A stretch of 63,338 bases of DNA, the filler included. It is 4 parts of 4 records of this genome, joined end to end, with 100 filler letters (N's around TTAATTAATTAA, not from the genome) between each part and the next. Parts side by side here need not be neighbours in the genome. Positions count along the whole stretch, not along the records: positions 11,640 to 40,790 come from SRR20825006_1781; 3 more parts are not named here. One strand, given 5' to 3'. Position 1 is the first letter of the stretch, and each line of letters starts with the position of its first letter. Under the pieces are notes generated by a model. That model saw only the letters and a program-made list of their open reading frames with translations. It did no database searches and was not told the origin of the DNA. This document shows positions 19,150 through 29,245 of the stretch, one piece after another. Both the position numbers and the translations under genes were made by a program.

Positions 19150-20652
19150 ATGCCCCGTCCCCTACTCTCCACCCACGGATTGACCAAGGACTACCCCGGC
19201 GTGCGCGCCCTCAATGCGGTGGATTTTGACCTGAATGCAGGCGAGGTTCATGTGTTGTTTGGCGAAAATGGTGCCGGGAAATCGACGCTGATTTCCATGC
19301 TCGCGGGCGCCACATCGCCCTCTGAAGGCGCGATTTACCTTGACGGTCATACGATGAATTTCGACACGGTGGCGCGCGCCAAATCCCATGGCGTCTATAC
19401 TGTGTTTCAGGAATTCTCGCTGATCCCGACGCTGACCGTGGCCGAAAACATGTTTTTGGGCCAAGAGCCGCGCGCCGGATTTTTGATTGATCACGGCGAA
19501 ATGCGCCGACGCGCACAAGAGATTTTCGACACGTTGGGCTTTGCCCTCTCCCCCTCGGCACAGGTCGCCTCCCTGTCGCGCGCCCAGCAACAGATGGTTG
19601 AAATTGCCAAGGCGTTTCACGGCGATCTCAAGGTCTTGATCTTGGATGAACCGACCGCCTCTCTGACCGACCGCGAGGTCGATCACCTGTTTGCCTTCAT
19701 CCAACAGCAAAAGGCCAAGGGCGTTGGCATCGTCTACATTTCCCACCGGATGCAGGAATTCGCCCGCATTGCCGATCGGGTCACAGTTCTGCGCGATGGC
19801 GCGAAAATCGGCACGGTCGCCATGACGGATACAGATGAGGCGCATTTGGTCGAGATGATGACCGGACGCGCGATTGCGGAAATTTATCCGGTGATTGCGA
19901 CCATGCCCGGCGAGGTCGTGCTTGAGGTCAACGGGCTGTCGACGCCCGGCGTGGCCCCCAGCAGCCTGAGCCTGCGGGCGGGTGAGGTTCTGGGCGTGGC
20001 GGGGCTGGTTGGCTGCGGCAAATCGCGGTTTTTCCGCGCCATGATGGGGCTGACCGCGCATCAAACGGGCACCGTCATCCTCAAAGGCCAGGACATCACC
20101 CATCTTTCGACCCGCGAGATCATCCGCCGTGGTCTGTATTACCTGTCGCCGGATCGCAAGGCCGAGGGGCTGGATCTGGCCAAGACCTCCAATGACAATC
20201 TCGGGCTGAATGTGGTGACCTCGGGCACCGCCTCCAAGCGCGGATGGATCACTTGGCGCGTGGTGCGTGAGCGGGTCGCAGAGATCGCGGATCGCGTCGA
20301 ATTGCCCCATGATTACCGCACCAAATATGTCTCGCAGCTTTCGGGTGGCAACCAACAGAAGGTGTTATTTGGCAAGGCCTTTGGCCAAGATGCCGATGTT
20401 TACATCTTTGATGAGCCGACCGTGGGCGTCGATATGGGCACCCGCGCCGCCCTGTATCTCAAGATCAAATCCCTGGCGGAGGCGGGCAAGGCCGTGGTCG
20501 TGATCTCCTCCGATCTGCCCGAAGCGATCAACCTCTCTCACCGTCTCCTCGTCTTTGCCCATGGCCATGTCACCGCCGAATTGGCGCGGGCTGATGCCAC
20601 CGAGGACACTGTTTTGAAACACTTCTTTGTTGAAAGTGAACCGACCCTATGA
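19150..20652 (+). CDS. CUT2 (RbsA-like) ABC ATP-binding protein, two ATPase domains
   Basis: GENGAGKST, LDEPT, LSGGNQQK, DEPTVGVD. Confidence 0.92.
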   Translation: MPRPLLSTHGLTKDYPGVRALNAVDFDLNAGEVHVLFGENGAGKSTLISMLAGATSPSEGAIYLDGHTMNFDTVARAKSHGVYTVFQEFSLIPTLTVAENMFLGQEPRAGFLIDHGEMRRRAQEIFDTLGFALSPSAQVASLSRAQQQMVEIAKAFHGDLKVLILDEPTASLTDREVDHLFAFIQQQKAKGVGIVYISHRMQEFARIADRVTVLRDGAKIGTVAMTDTDEAHLVEMMTGRAIAEIYPVIATMPGEVVLEVNGLSTPGVAPSSLSLRAGEVLGVAGLVGCGKSRFFRAMMGLTAHQTGTVILKGQDITHLSTREIIRRGLYYLSPDRKAEGLDLAKTSNDNLGLNVVTSGTASKRGWITWRVVRERVAEIADRVELPHDYRTKYVSQLSGGNQQKVLFGKAFGQDADVYIFDEPTVGVDMGTRAALYLKIKSLAEAGKAVVVISSDLPEAINLSHRLLVFAHGHVTAELARADATEDTVLKHFFVESEPTL

Positions 20653-21659
20653 CAACCGCACCCACATCTTCTGACACCTCCGGCGTTCTGCGCAAACTGT
20701 TTTTACGTGTCGGCGTCTTGCCGTTCTTTTTGGCCATCGCTTTGGTGGTTTTCTCGTTGATGTCCGCGAAATTCCTGACCGGGCAGAACCTCGTCAATGT
20801 GGCCCGGCAATCGGTTTATCTGGTTTTGGTCTCTTTGGGACAGATGTTGGTTTTGGTCTCTGGCGGGTTTGACTTGTCGGTTGGCACCGCGATTGCGCTG
20901 ACTTCTGTGGTCTCCGCCGTGTCGATGACCTGGGCGGTGGGCGTGATGCCCGATGCGATCTGGCTGGCGATTGTGATCGGGATCGCTGCGGGGGGATTCA
21001 CCGCCTTGCTGGTGGGGCTCGTCAATGGCGTGGGCGTGGCCTATTTCGAGGTTTCGCCCTTCATCATGACCTTGGGCGTGTCCTCCGTTGGCGCAGGTCT
21101 TGCGCTGTTTCTCACCGGCGGTGTGCCGGTGTCTGGCCTGCCCTTTGCCTTTGGCGACACCTTTGGCTTTGGCAAATGGTTCGGCGTGCCTGTTCCGGTG
21201 TTCATCGCCGCGATCTGTATCGTGGTGATGTGGCTGGTGATGTCGCGCACGCCTTTGGGCACACAGATTTACGCCGTTGGCGGCAATATCAAGGCCGCGC
21301 ATCTCTCGGCCATCAACACCAAGCGCACCTTGATGGTGTCCTACATCCTCTGTTCGCTGATTGCGTCTCTCACCGGGCTGTTGTTGACCGCGCGGGTGGA
21401 AAGCGGCGAGGCCAATTTGGGCGGCTCCATGGCGCTTGAATCCATCGCCGCCTGTGTCATCGCGGGTGTGTCGCTCAGAGGTGGGATCGGCAAGGTGCAG
21501 ACCGTGGTCCTGGGCGCGTTTTTCATCGTCATGGTACAAAACGGCATGAACCTCGCCCAGATCAGCTCCTACATGCAGATGGTGCTTTTGGGCGGGCTTT
21601 TGATCCTCGCGGTGATCTTTGACCAGATGCGTTACCGCATGATCATGCGCGGTCGCTAA
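20649..21659 (+). CDS. CUT2 (RbsC-like) ABC permease
   Basis: GGFDLSVG, PFIMTLG, YAVGGN, IAACVIAGVSL.GG.G; hydrophobic. Confidence 0.92.
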   Translation: MTTAPTSSDTSGVLRKLFLRVGVLPFFLAIALVVFSLMSAKFLTGQNLVNVARQSVYLVLVSLGQMLVLVSGGFDLSVGTAIALTSVVSAVSMTWAVGVMPDAIWLAIVIGIAAGGFTALLVGLVNGVGVAYFEVSPFIMTLGVSSVGAGLALFLTGGVPVSGLPFAFGDTFGFGKWFGVPVPVFIAAICIVVMWLVMSRTPLGTQIYAVGGNIKAAHLSAINTKRTLMVSYILCSLIASLTGLLLTARVESGEANLGGSMALESIAACVIAGVSLRGGIGKVQTVVLGAFFIVMVQNGMNLAQISSYMQMVLLGGLLILAVIFDQMRYRMIMRGR

Positions 21660-21720
21660 CCCCACTGTGTGCGCGGGCTGTTGCAGGCCCGCACGCCCTT
21701 GATCGACCGCTCTTACAAAG

Positions 21721-22581
21721 GTGACGGACATGATGGAGATACCACAGCAGAGCCTGATCTCAGTGACCCGCGTTTCGCAGGCGCTCGACATCCTGACACG
21801 TTTGGGAGAGACGGCAACCGTGATGGCCGGGGGCACATGGGTCATGCGCGAGGCGCGTGAGCGGACCTTTATATCGCTGGCAGAGATTCCAGACCTCACA
21901 GACATCACACTCGATGATCAGGTGCTGGTTGTGGGGGCGATGGCAACCCATCAGGACATATGCAACGCGGTGATCGGCGCGCCCGATCTGGCAGCGCTCG
22001 CCACGGCGGCGGGCAAATCCGCGACCCCCGCCATCCGCCGCATGGCCACTTTAGGTGGCAACCTATGCACGCGGGATTTTCACTCTGCGGACTTGGCCCC
22101 CGCCCTTCTGGCGTTGAATGCAAAGGTGACGCTTGAAACCTCCTCGGGCCGCGAGACCCTCTCGCTTGAGGATTACCTCAACACCCCTGTCGACAGGCCT
22201 CATATTCTGCACCACGTCACCGTGCCCCGCACTTCTAGGCGTTCGGCGCATGTGCGGTTGATGCAAAGGCAGGCCGGGGACTATCCGCTTGCGGTGGTCA
22301 GCCTCTCGGCGGCAATCCACCCTGATGGCACGCTGCATGACCTGCGGATTGCCGTGGGGTCGGTCGAAGAGCGTGCGCGGCGCTGGCACGCTTTGGAAGC
22401 GCTGTGCGACGATCAAAAGATGACGTCGGACAGCATCCGCGCCCACGCCGCCGCCCGCGCATCACAGGACTTTGTGGGCCGTGACGCCGTGGATGGCCAA
22501 GGTTGGTACCGCCTGCGGGTGTTGCCCGCTTTGGTGGCACAGGCCTTCTCTGACATATCGCTGACCGCGCAAGGAGCCTAA
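21721..22581 (+). CDS. Molybdenum hydroxylase FAD-binding (medium) subunit
   Basis: AGGTW, IRRMATLGGNL, ADLAPALLA motifs. Confidence 0.85.
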   Translation: MTDMMEIPQQSLISVTRVSQALDILTRLGETATVMAGGTWVMREARERTFISLAEIPDLTDITLDDQVLVVGAMATHQDICNAVIGAPDLAALATAAGKSATPAIRRMATLGGNLCTRDFHSADLAPALLALNAKVTLETSSGRETLSLEDYLNTPVDRPHILHHVTVPRTSRRSAHVRLMQRQAGDYPLAVVSLSAAIHPDGTLHDLRIAVGSVEERARRWHALEALCDDQKMTSDSIRAHAAARASQDFVGRDAVDGQGWYRLRVLPALVAQAFSDISLTAQGA

Positions 22582-22583
22582 AT

Positions 22584-23069
22584 ATGGTGCTGACTTTGAT
22601 GATCAATGGCGACCCGGTCCCCTATCACGGCGATCCGCGCCGATCCTTGCTTGAGGTCCTGCGCGACGATTTGCACCTCACCGGGGCCAAGGATGTCTGT
22701 GGCGAAGGCTTTTGCGGCGCCTGTATCGTTCAGATCGACGGCGTACCAAAAGTGTCCTGCCTGCTGCCCGTTGGCCGCCTTGCCGGGGCGGAGATCACAA
22801 CGATCGAAGGGGTGTCCAACAGTGAAACCCTGACTGCGGTTCAAAAGGCGTTCTTGGAATACGATGTCGTGCAATGCGGCATGTGCTTTCCCGGCATGGT
22901 GCTGTCGATGACGCATTTCATGGTGGAAAATCCGTCGCCCACGCGCGCCGAACTCAAATCGGCCATGACCGGGAATATCTGCCGCTGCACCGGTTACGAA
23001 CGCATTATAGATGCGCTCCTGTCGCTTGGATCAAATGGTCTTGGCCCCGTGGAAGAGGTGCGCCCGTGA
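22584..23069 (+). CDS. Molybdenum hydroxylase 2x[2Fe-2S] (small) subunit
   Basis: CGEGFCGAC...C; QCGMC.PG; GNICRCTGY. Confidence 0.93.
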   Translation: MVLTLMINGDPVPYHGDPRRSLLEVLRDDLHLTGAKDVCGEGFCGACIVQIDGVPKVSCLLPVGRLAGAEITTIEGVSNSETLTAVQKAFLEYDVVQCGMCFPGMVLSMTHFMVENPSPTRAELKSAMTGNICRCTGYERIIDALLSLGSNGLGPVEEVRP

Positions 23070-25432
23070 CACTGCCCTACCCTCCCAATACTGCTGTGAT
23101 GAACCTGCCTCGGCGGGATGCAAAGGACAAGCTGCTGGGGCGCACCCGCTATACCGTGGACGAGGGCAGCCACGGCATGTTGCACGCCGCTGCACGCCGT
23201 TCAGAGACCGCGTCGGGAAGGATCGTCAAAATCGACGTCACCCCCGCGCTGTCCATGCCGGGGGTCAAAGCGATTGCAACACGTGAGGACGCGCCCGGTT
23301 TGCATGGGATCGGCATCGCCGACCATCCGCTGTTTGCAAAAGACGTGGTGCGCTATCATGGCGAACCTCTGGCCGTGGTGGCCGCGACCACCCTGGCCCA
23401 AGCGCGCGCCGCAGCCGCAGCCATTCTGGTCGAGATCGACCCGATAGCGCCAATTCTGACCATGGCGGAGGCGCTGGCCAAAGACGCGCCATTGATCCAC
23501 CCCGATTGGGCCAGCTACGAGATTTTGCGCGAAGGCGCGGCACGCGGTGGCAATATCGCGTGGGAAGCCACGGTGGTGCGCGGCGACACCGATGCGGCCT
23601 TTGCTCGCGACGACGTCATCCTTGTGGAGGGCACCTATCGGGTCGGGCGTCAAAGCCATGTGCCGTTTGAACCGCGCGCCGTGGTGGCCGCCTATGAAGA
23701 CGGGCGGTTTCACATTCACACCTCGACCCAAGTGCCATGGACCGTGCGCCATGTGACGGCCAAGATTTTAGGCGTACCCGAGGCAGCAGTCCATGTCACC
23801 GTGCCCGCCGTTGGCGGCGGGTTTGGGTTGAAATTCGATTGCTCTCTGGAACCCTTCGCCGCGATTTTGGCACGCAAAACCGGGCGCAAAGTGTCTTTGG
23901 TGAACTCCCGCCGCGAAGAACAGATGACCTGTTTGAGCCGCGAAAATGCCGACATCCTGATCCGGTCCGCGGTAACCCCAGAGGGCGACATTGTCGGGCG
24001 CGAAGCCACGGTGTTGATGGATTGCGGCGCTTATGGCGGCGAACAAGTGTTCCTCACCACGATGACGGCGCATACGCTGGGCGGCAATTACCGGTTGGGA
24101 TCGGTGAAAATCGCCAGTCAAGCGGTCTACACCAACACACCGCCGAATGGGGCCTTTCGTGCCTGCAACGGCGTGTACAACACCTTTGCGCTTGAATGTC
24201 ACACCGACGAAATCTGCAAGGCCATTGGCATGGACCCGGTCGCCTTTCGGCGGCGCAACGTGGTGGGAGATGGCGACATCGGCGCGACGGGACAGGTGTT
24301 TGAGGGTGACGTGCTTGGGCCGATGCTGGATTTGGCCATCGACGCCTATGGGCCGCATGAGCGCGCGAAAAAAGGCCCCGATGGACGGCTTTACGGGCGC
24401 GCCACGACGGTTGGCACCTGGTTCATTTTTGTCGGCCCGTCAAGTGCCACGGTCAATCTCAACGTCGATGGCAGCGCCACGTTGGTCACCTCTGGCGTCG
24501 AAATCGGATCGGGCACCATGGTGCAATCCTTGCCGCAAATCGTGGCGGCCAATCTGGGCATTCACCCGGATGCGGTCATCGTCAAAACCGCGGATACGGA
24601 TGCTTCCGGGCGCGATCTGGGCGTCGGCGGCGGGCGCACGACCGTGTCGATTGGCGCGGCCAGCCAAGAGGCCTGCGCCGAGGTCCGATCCAAACTTTTG
24701 GCCGTCGCCAGCCAAATGCTGCAAACGCCGCAAGACGATTTGGTTCTCGCCCAAGGCCGGGTCGAAATCCGTGACCGACCCGGCTCTGGCACCACCATTC
24801 AAACCGTGATCGCACAGGCAGAGTTGGAGCACGGGCCGATTTCTGGCAGCGGGGCGTTTACCGCGCCGGGCATTCCAGCAATGCCGGGCTGTGCGGCGGG
24901 GCATTTCATCGATGCGATAGATATTCCGGTGTTTGCCGTGCATGATTGCGATGTGGCGGTCGACCCGGATACCGGCAAGGTCGAGGTCCTCGCCTACCGC
25001 GTCATCCAAGACGTCGGTCGGGCGCTGAATCCCCGCGCGATCCATGGTCAAATTCAGGGCGGGGTCACGCAGGGCATTGGCTACGCCTTGCATGAGGAAA
25101 TCACGATCAATGCAGAGGGTGCGTTTGATCAGACCTGCTTTTCTTCCTACCGCATTCCGACCGCGCTTGACACCCTGCCAATCGACTATCACCTCTATGA
25201 GGGGGCACCGTCTTGTGGGCCTTTGGGCACGAAAGGCGCCGGAGAGGTGCCAATTTTGAACGTGGGTGCAACCATTGCCTGTGCTGTGGCCAATGCCATC
25301 GGAACCCCGGTGAACGCCCTGCCTCTGACCGCGCCTCGGGTGTTGGGGCTGATCGACGGTCTCAGTTCAGGTGTCGACCTGGCGCATCTGTCGCGCCATT
25401 GGCACGAGAATACGATTGCCTTTTCAAAGTGA
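23066..25432 (+). CDS. Xanthine dehydrogenase-family molybdopterin-binding (large) subunit
   Basis: GTGA overlap start; VGGGFG.K, GQIQGG..QGIG.AL.E, KGAGE (catalytic Glu); atypical loop GAFRACNG. Confidence 0.9.
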   Translation: MTLPYPPNTAVMNLPRRDAKDKLLGRTRYTVDEGSHGMLHAAARRSETASGRIVKIDVTPALSMPGVKAIATREDAPGLHGIGIADHPLFAKDVVRYHGEPLAVVAATTLAQARAAAAAILVEIDPIAPILTMAEALAKDAPLIHPDWASYEILREGAARGGNIAWEATVVRGDTDAAFARDDVILVEGTYRVGRQSHVPFEPRAVVAAYEDGRFHIHTSTQVPWTVRHVTAKILGVPEAAVHVTVPAVGGGFGLKFDCSLEPFAAILARKTGRKVSLVNSRREEQMTCLSRENADILIRSAVTPEGDIVGREATVLMDCGAYGGEQVFLTTMTAHTLGGNYRLGSVKIASQAVYTNTPPNGAFRACNGVYNTFALECHTDEICKAIGMDPVAFRRRNVVGDGDIGATGQVFEGDVLGPMLDLAIDAYGPHERAKKGPDGRLYGRATTVGTWFIFVGPSSATVNLNVDGSATLVTSGVEIGSGTMVQSLPQIVAANLGIHPDAVIVKTADTDASGRDLGVGGGRTTVSIGAASQEACAEVRSKLLAVASQMLQTPQDDLVLAQGRVEIRDRPGSGTTIQTVIAQAELEHGPISGSGAFTAPGIPAMPGCAAGHFIDAIDIPVFAVHDCDVAVDPDTGKVEVLAYRVIQDVGRALNPRAIHGQIQGGVTQGIGYALHEEITINAEGAFDQTCFSSYRIPTALDTLPIDYHLYEGAPSCGPLGTKGAGEVPILNVGATIACAVANAIGTPVNALPLTAPRVLGLIDGLSSGVDLAHLSRHWHENTIAFSK

Positions 25433-25450
25433 TCTGAGAGCGCGCGTAAC

Positions 25451-26395
25451 ATGGAAGCACCGGTGCCCCGCCCACAGCACGCCCCCCTCGCGTCGGCACC
25501 GGGTTCGGTCGCGGACAGGACGCCGTTTTGTCCGCAAAAAACGGATCGCCCTCAGCATGTGTTGGAGTTTCTTTGCCAGGCGATGGAGTCGGGTCCGGCG
25601 GCGGCCTTGGTGCTTTTGGTCGGGATCGATGGTAGTGCCTCACGCAGTTTAGGCACCATTATGGCGGTGCGTGAAGACGGTGCCTATTGTGGCTACGTCT
25701 CGGGCGGATGTGTCGAAGCCGCGGTTGCGACGGAGGCCCTGTCCGCCCTTCAGACCGGTCAGGATCGCCTGATACGTTTCGGCAAGGGGTCGCCCTTTTT
25801 CGACATCACCCTCCCCTGTGGTGGTGGGCTTGAGCTTTTGGTGCATGTGTTGCGCGACGGCGCACCGATCCGGGATGTCTTGGCGCGGCTAGAGCGCCGT
25901 CAGACCGCGACACTGGTCTATGACAAAGACAGCGCGCAGGTGATGGCCGAACCGAGCACCGCCCAAACCGGGTGGCAAGACGTACGGTTTGTGACCCATT
26001 TTACCCCGCCCGTGCGGATCGTCGTCATGGGCGAGAGCCTTGAGGCGGAGGCGCTGATCCGGGTGGCGCAGGCTGCGGATGTGGGCATCACAAGAGTGAA
26101 TCGGCCGCACGGATTGGGCGAGATCGACGCCCACACCGCCATCGCGTTTCTGCATCATAATACTGAGGATGAGGAGCCGCTGCTGACGCAGGCACTGCTA
26201 AGCGAGGCGTTTTATGTCGGTTGTCTTGGCGGCAGACAGACACAACACCGGCGGCGACAAGGCCTCGCCGCTGCGGGACTAAAGCGAAGCGCGATGGACC
26301 GGCTGCATGGTCCAATCGGTCTCTTTGGACCCGCGCGCGATGCGTCTTCGCTCGCGGTGTCGGTTCTGGCCGAGATTTTAAGCAAACGGGTTTAG
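25451..26395 (+). CDS. xdhC: XdhC/CoxI family molybdenum cofactor chaperone
   Basis: GYVSGGCVE, LPCGG, YVGCLG, LHGPIGL. Confidence 0.88.
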   Translation: MEAPVPRPQHAPLASAPGSVADRTPFCPQKTDRPQHVLEFLCQAMESGPAAALVLLVGIDGSASRSLGTIMAVREDGAYCGYVSGGCVEAAVATEALSALQTGQDRLIRFGKGSPFFDITLPCGGGLELLVHVLRDGAPIRDVLARLERRQTATLVYDKDSAQVMAEPSTAQTGWQDVRFVTHFTPPVRIVVMGESLEAEALIRVAQAADVGITRVNRPHGLGEIDAHTAIAFLHHNTEDEEPLLTQALLSEAFYVGCLGGRQTQHRRRQGLAAAGLKRSAMDRLHGPIGLFGPARDASSLAVSVLAEILSKRV

Positions 26396-26472
26396 GAACG
26401 AAATCAGACAAAGTTGGCTCAAGGAGACGCGCGAGGGATGAAACATGCCCCGCGCCCCTCGATAGATGCATG

Positions 26473-27279
26473 TCAGCGGGTCAGCAGGGCTTCTGCTTTT
26501 TGCACAATCAGATAGATGCCAACCGAGATCAGACTGAGGATCACAATCGCGGCCATCACCATATCCATGCGGAAAATCTGGCTGCCGTAGACGATCAAAT
26601 ACCCGAGACCAGCTTTGGACGCCTGAAATTCCCCCACAATCACCCCCACAAGGCTCAGACCGACATTGGCTTTCAACGTCGCCATGAAGGTGTGAACATT
26701 GCCCGGCAAAATCACCTTGGTCAGGATTTGCACCTGTCCTGCCCCAAGGGTTTTCGCCAGTTTGATCTTGTTGGGATCGCTTTGGTTGAACCCAGTGTAG
26801 AGCATCAGAATCGTGATGAACAACGCCACGGCAATGGCGACGGCATAGATCGACCCGGTCGGGCCCAACCAGATGTAAAAGATCGGCACCAAGGCGATTT
26901 TTGGCAGGGCGTTGAGCACCACCAAGAAGGGATCAAGCACCCGTTCCAACATCGGCGACAACCATAAACAAATGGCGATCACTGTGCCGAGGATCATGGC
27001 GATGGCAAAGCTGATCATCACCTCCATCAGCGTGACGCCAATATGAAGCCCCAGTTTGCCCTGTGCAATCAGGTCCCAAAACCCGTCCCAAACGGCACTT
27101 GGGTAACTGGTGAGCATCGGATTCACCATGCCGTTGCGCGGCGCATATTCCCAGAGAGCCAAAAAGCCCAACAGCAAAAGCAGGCGCCCGACGATCACTT
27201 TTCGGCGGGCGCGGCCCTGACGTGCTGCCCAGTTTTGATAGGCGACGCTTGGCGTCGCGTTCGGGGTCGTGTCAGCCAT
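26473..27279 (-). CDS. NitT/TauT family ABC permease
   Basis: LNALPKIAL.P, VIVGEF..SK.GLG; start set at MADTT, overlapping the ATPase stop. Confidence 0.88.
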   Translation of the reverse strand: MADTTPNATPSVAYQNWAARQGRARRKVIVGRLLLLLGFLALWEYAPRNGMVNPMLTSYPSAVWDGFWDLIAQGKLGLHIGVTLMEVMISFAIAMILGTVIAICLWLSPMLERVLDPFLVVLNALPKIALVPIFYIWLGPTGSIYAVAIAVALFITILMLYTGFNQSDPNKIKLAKTLGAGQVQILTKVILPGNVHTFMATLKANVGLSLVGVIVGEFQASKAGLGYLIVYGSQIFRMDMVMAAIVILSLISVGIYLIVQKAEALLTR

Positions 27280-28081
27280 CGGATTCCATCTCCGTCCAGA
27301 TTGTGTGGAAATAGTCTTTGAACTCCTCCGCATCGCGCACCGCCATGCAGCCGGGACGCACCTCGCCCAAACTTGGGAAGGTGATCTCATGAATGTTTTT
27401 GAGCCGTCCGGGGCGCGGGCTCAAAACAATCACCCGGTCGGCCATGGCGATGGCTTCAGGGATGTCATGGGTGACAAGGATCGCGGTCTTGCCCTCGCGC
27501 CGGATGATCTCGCCGATTTCTTCGGAAATCGACATGCGGGTCTGAAAATCCAGCGCCGAAAACGGTTCATCAAGCAAAAGGATATCCGGCTCCATACACA
27601 TGGTTCGCCCCAACGCCGCGCGTTGACGCATCCCGCCCGACAATTGCGTTGGACGGTGATGCAGGAACTGCCCAAGACCGTAATTCGTCAAAATCCGCTC
27701 GGCCCGCGCTCGTGCGGCGGGCATGTCCATGCCGCGAATTTCCGGCCCAAGCAGCGCGTTCTCAAGGATGGTGCGCCATTCAAACAAGCTGTCATGTTGC
27801 AACATAAACCCCACTTGCGGCGAAGGGCCTTTGACGGGTTTCCCGTCGATCAGCACCTGTCCCGAAGTCGTTTGCATCAATCCGCACAGCAGAGACAGCA
27901 ACGTCGATTTGCCACAGCCGGATTGCCCGACGATGGAAATGAATTCCCCTTTGTTGACGGTGAAATTCATGTCACTCACGGCGTGGGTTTCGCCCTTGGT
28001 CGAAAAGTAATGCAGTTCGACGTTGCGAAATTCAATTTTGGGCGGCACCGCGAGGGGCCGCCCTGTGGTATCGCCCGTCAT
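27272..28081 (-). CDS. NitT/TauT family ABC ATP-binding protein
   Basis: GQSGCGKST, LSGGMRQR, LLDEPFSALD, VTHD. Confidence 0.92.
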   Translation of the reverse strand: MTGDTTGRPLAVPPKIEFRNVELHYFSTKGETHAVSDMNFTVNKGEFISIVGQSGCGKSTLLSLLCGLMQTTSGQVLIDGKPVKGPSPQVGFMLQHDSLFEWRTILENALLGPEIRGMDMPAARARAERILTNYGLGQFLHHRPTQLSGGMRQRAALGRTMCMEPDILLLDEPFSALDFQTRMSISEEIGEIIRREGKTAILVTHDIPEAIAMADRVIVLSPRPGRLKNIHEITFPSLGEVRPGCMAVRDAEEFKDYFHTIWTEMESDG

Positions 28082-29085
28082 TATTGCGCACTCTGCGCAA
28101 AGAAACTGGGATCGACGACGTTTTCAAAAGCCACTTTTGTCTCAACGGCCAAAAGGCCGTTGTACATCAACATGTCTTGAAGGGCATCAATGGCCTCAGG
28201 CGCAACCGCAGGCGTGGTTTTCCAAACGCCTGCCGCACGGTGCCGCAGCACGCTTTGGGCCAACTCATCCAGACCGACGCCGGGGAAATAGGGCTGCAAA
28301 ACCTGTGCAACATCGGCCTCCGGGGCCTCGGCAATCCAGGCCTCAGCCTTGGCGATTGCTTTGACAAAGCCCGCAACCACCTCTGGATGCTCGGCGATAT
28401 AGGCTTCGCGGGCAATAAAGACCGTATAGTCGATGTCACCGACCGCTTGTCCGACATTGGTTTGGGCATACAGACCGTTGGCCTCAAGCGTGGTCACATC
28501 CGGTTCAAAGAAGGTGCCATAATCGGCAACGCCCGACATGAAGGCCCCCATCCGGGCGGGAATGGCAACGTTGGTGATGATTTCAACATCTTCGTCCGGG
28601 TTCAAACCGGCCTTTTCAAGCGCCGCGCGCAGGAACATCGCCGGGGACGAGCCTTCGCGCCAGCCCAGGATTTTTTTGCCCTTCAAAGAGGACCAATCAA
28701 AGTCGCCTGTCGCGGGGTCGTGCCCGATCAGAAAGGAGCCATCCGTTGCCGTCAGCCCGGCAATGATGCGAATTTTCTCAGGCGACTTTCCAGTCTCGAC
28801 ATAAAGCGTGGTCTCTGGCCCGGCGAGCGCAATGTCCACAGAGTTCGAGAGCAAGGCGGCCGTCACCTTGTCGCTGCCCTGACCGGCGATGAGATCAAAG
28901 GCGATGCCCTCTTCCTCAAAATAACCATTGCCGATCGCGACATAGAGCGGTGAATAAAACAGCGAGTGAATGACCTCCATGAAGGAGATTTTGGTCACAT
29001 CTTCGGCGGCAGCCGGTGTGGGCAATGTCGTCAGCGTTGCCGCCGTGATGCCAGCGATAAAGGAAAGAGTGCGTGCGATTTTCAT
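28081..29085 (-). CDS. NitT/TauT (NMT1/SsuA-like) substrate-binding protein
   Basis: Signal peptide; FYSPLYVAI..GYFEEEGI, FEP motif; first gene of the ABC operon. Confidence 0.85.
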   Translation of the reverse strand: MKIARTLSFIAGITAATLTTLPTPAAAEDVTKISFMEVIHSLFYSPLYVAIGNGYFEEEGIAFDLIAGQGSDKVTAALLSNSVDIALAGPETTLYVETGKSPEKIRIIAGLTATDGSFLIGHDPATGDFDWSSLKGKKILGWREGSSPAMFLRAALEKAGLNPDEDVEIITNVAIPARMGAFMSGVADYGTFFEPDVTTLEANGLYAQTNVGQAVGDIDYTVFIAREAYIAEHPEVVAGFVKAIAKAEAWIAEAPEADVAQVLQPYFPGVGLDELAQSVLRHRAAGVWKTTPAVAPEAIDALQDMLMYNGLLAVETKVAFENVVDPSFFAQSAQ

Positions 29086-29155
29086 AATACCTCCTGTTGA
29101 CGAGAGTGTTGTATTTTTTGCCGAAAGTGTTGTGATCTGGACCTATCGACTTGGA

Positions 29156-29173
29156 TTGTAGTATACAATATAC
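29156..29173. promoter_or_regulatory. GTATAC-core operator-like site between the divergent ABC and amidase operons
   Basis: TTGTAGTATACAATATAC; the same core recurs at 33483, 33578, 33737 and 38602. Confidence 0.6.
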
Positions 29174-29245
29174 TGAACTGAGGTCACTAAAATACCCCAG
29201 CAAGAGCAAATAATTTGCGCACAAACCGACCATGGAGATCATAAA

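Noticed and set aside
21721-25432. Aerobic CO dehydrogenase coxMSL
   Set aside because: Gene order fits, but the loop is neither AYxCSFR nor AYxGAGR and coxD/E/G are absent.
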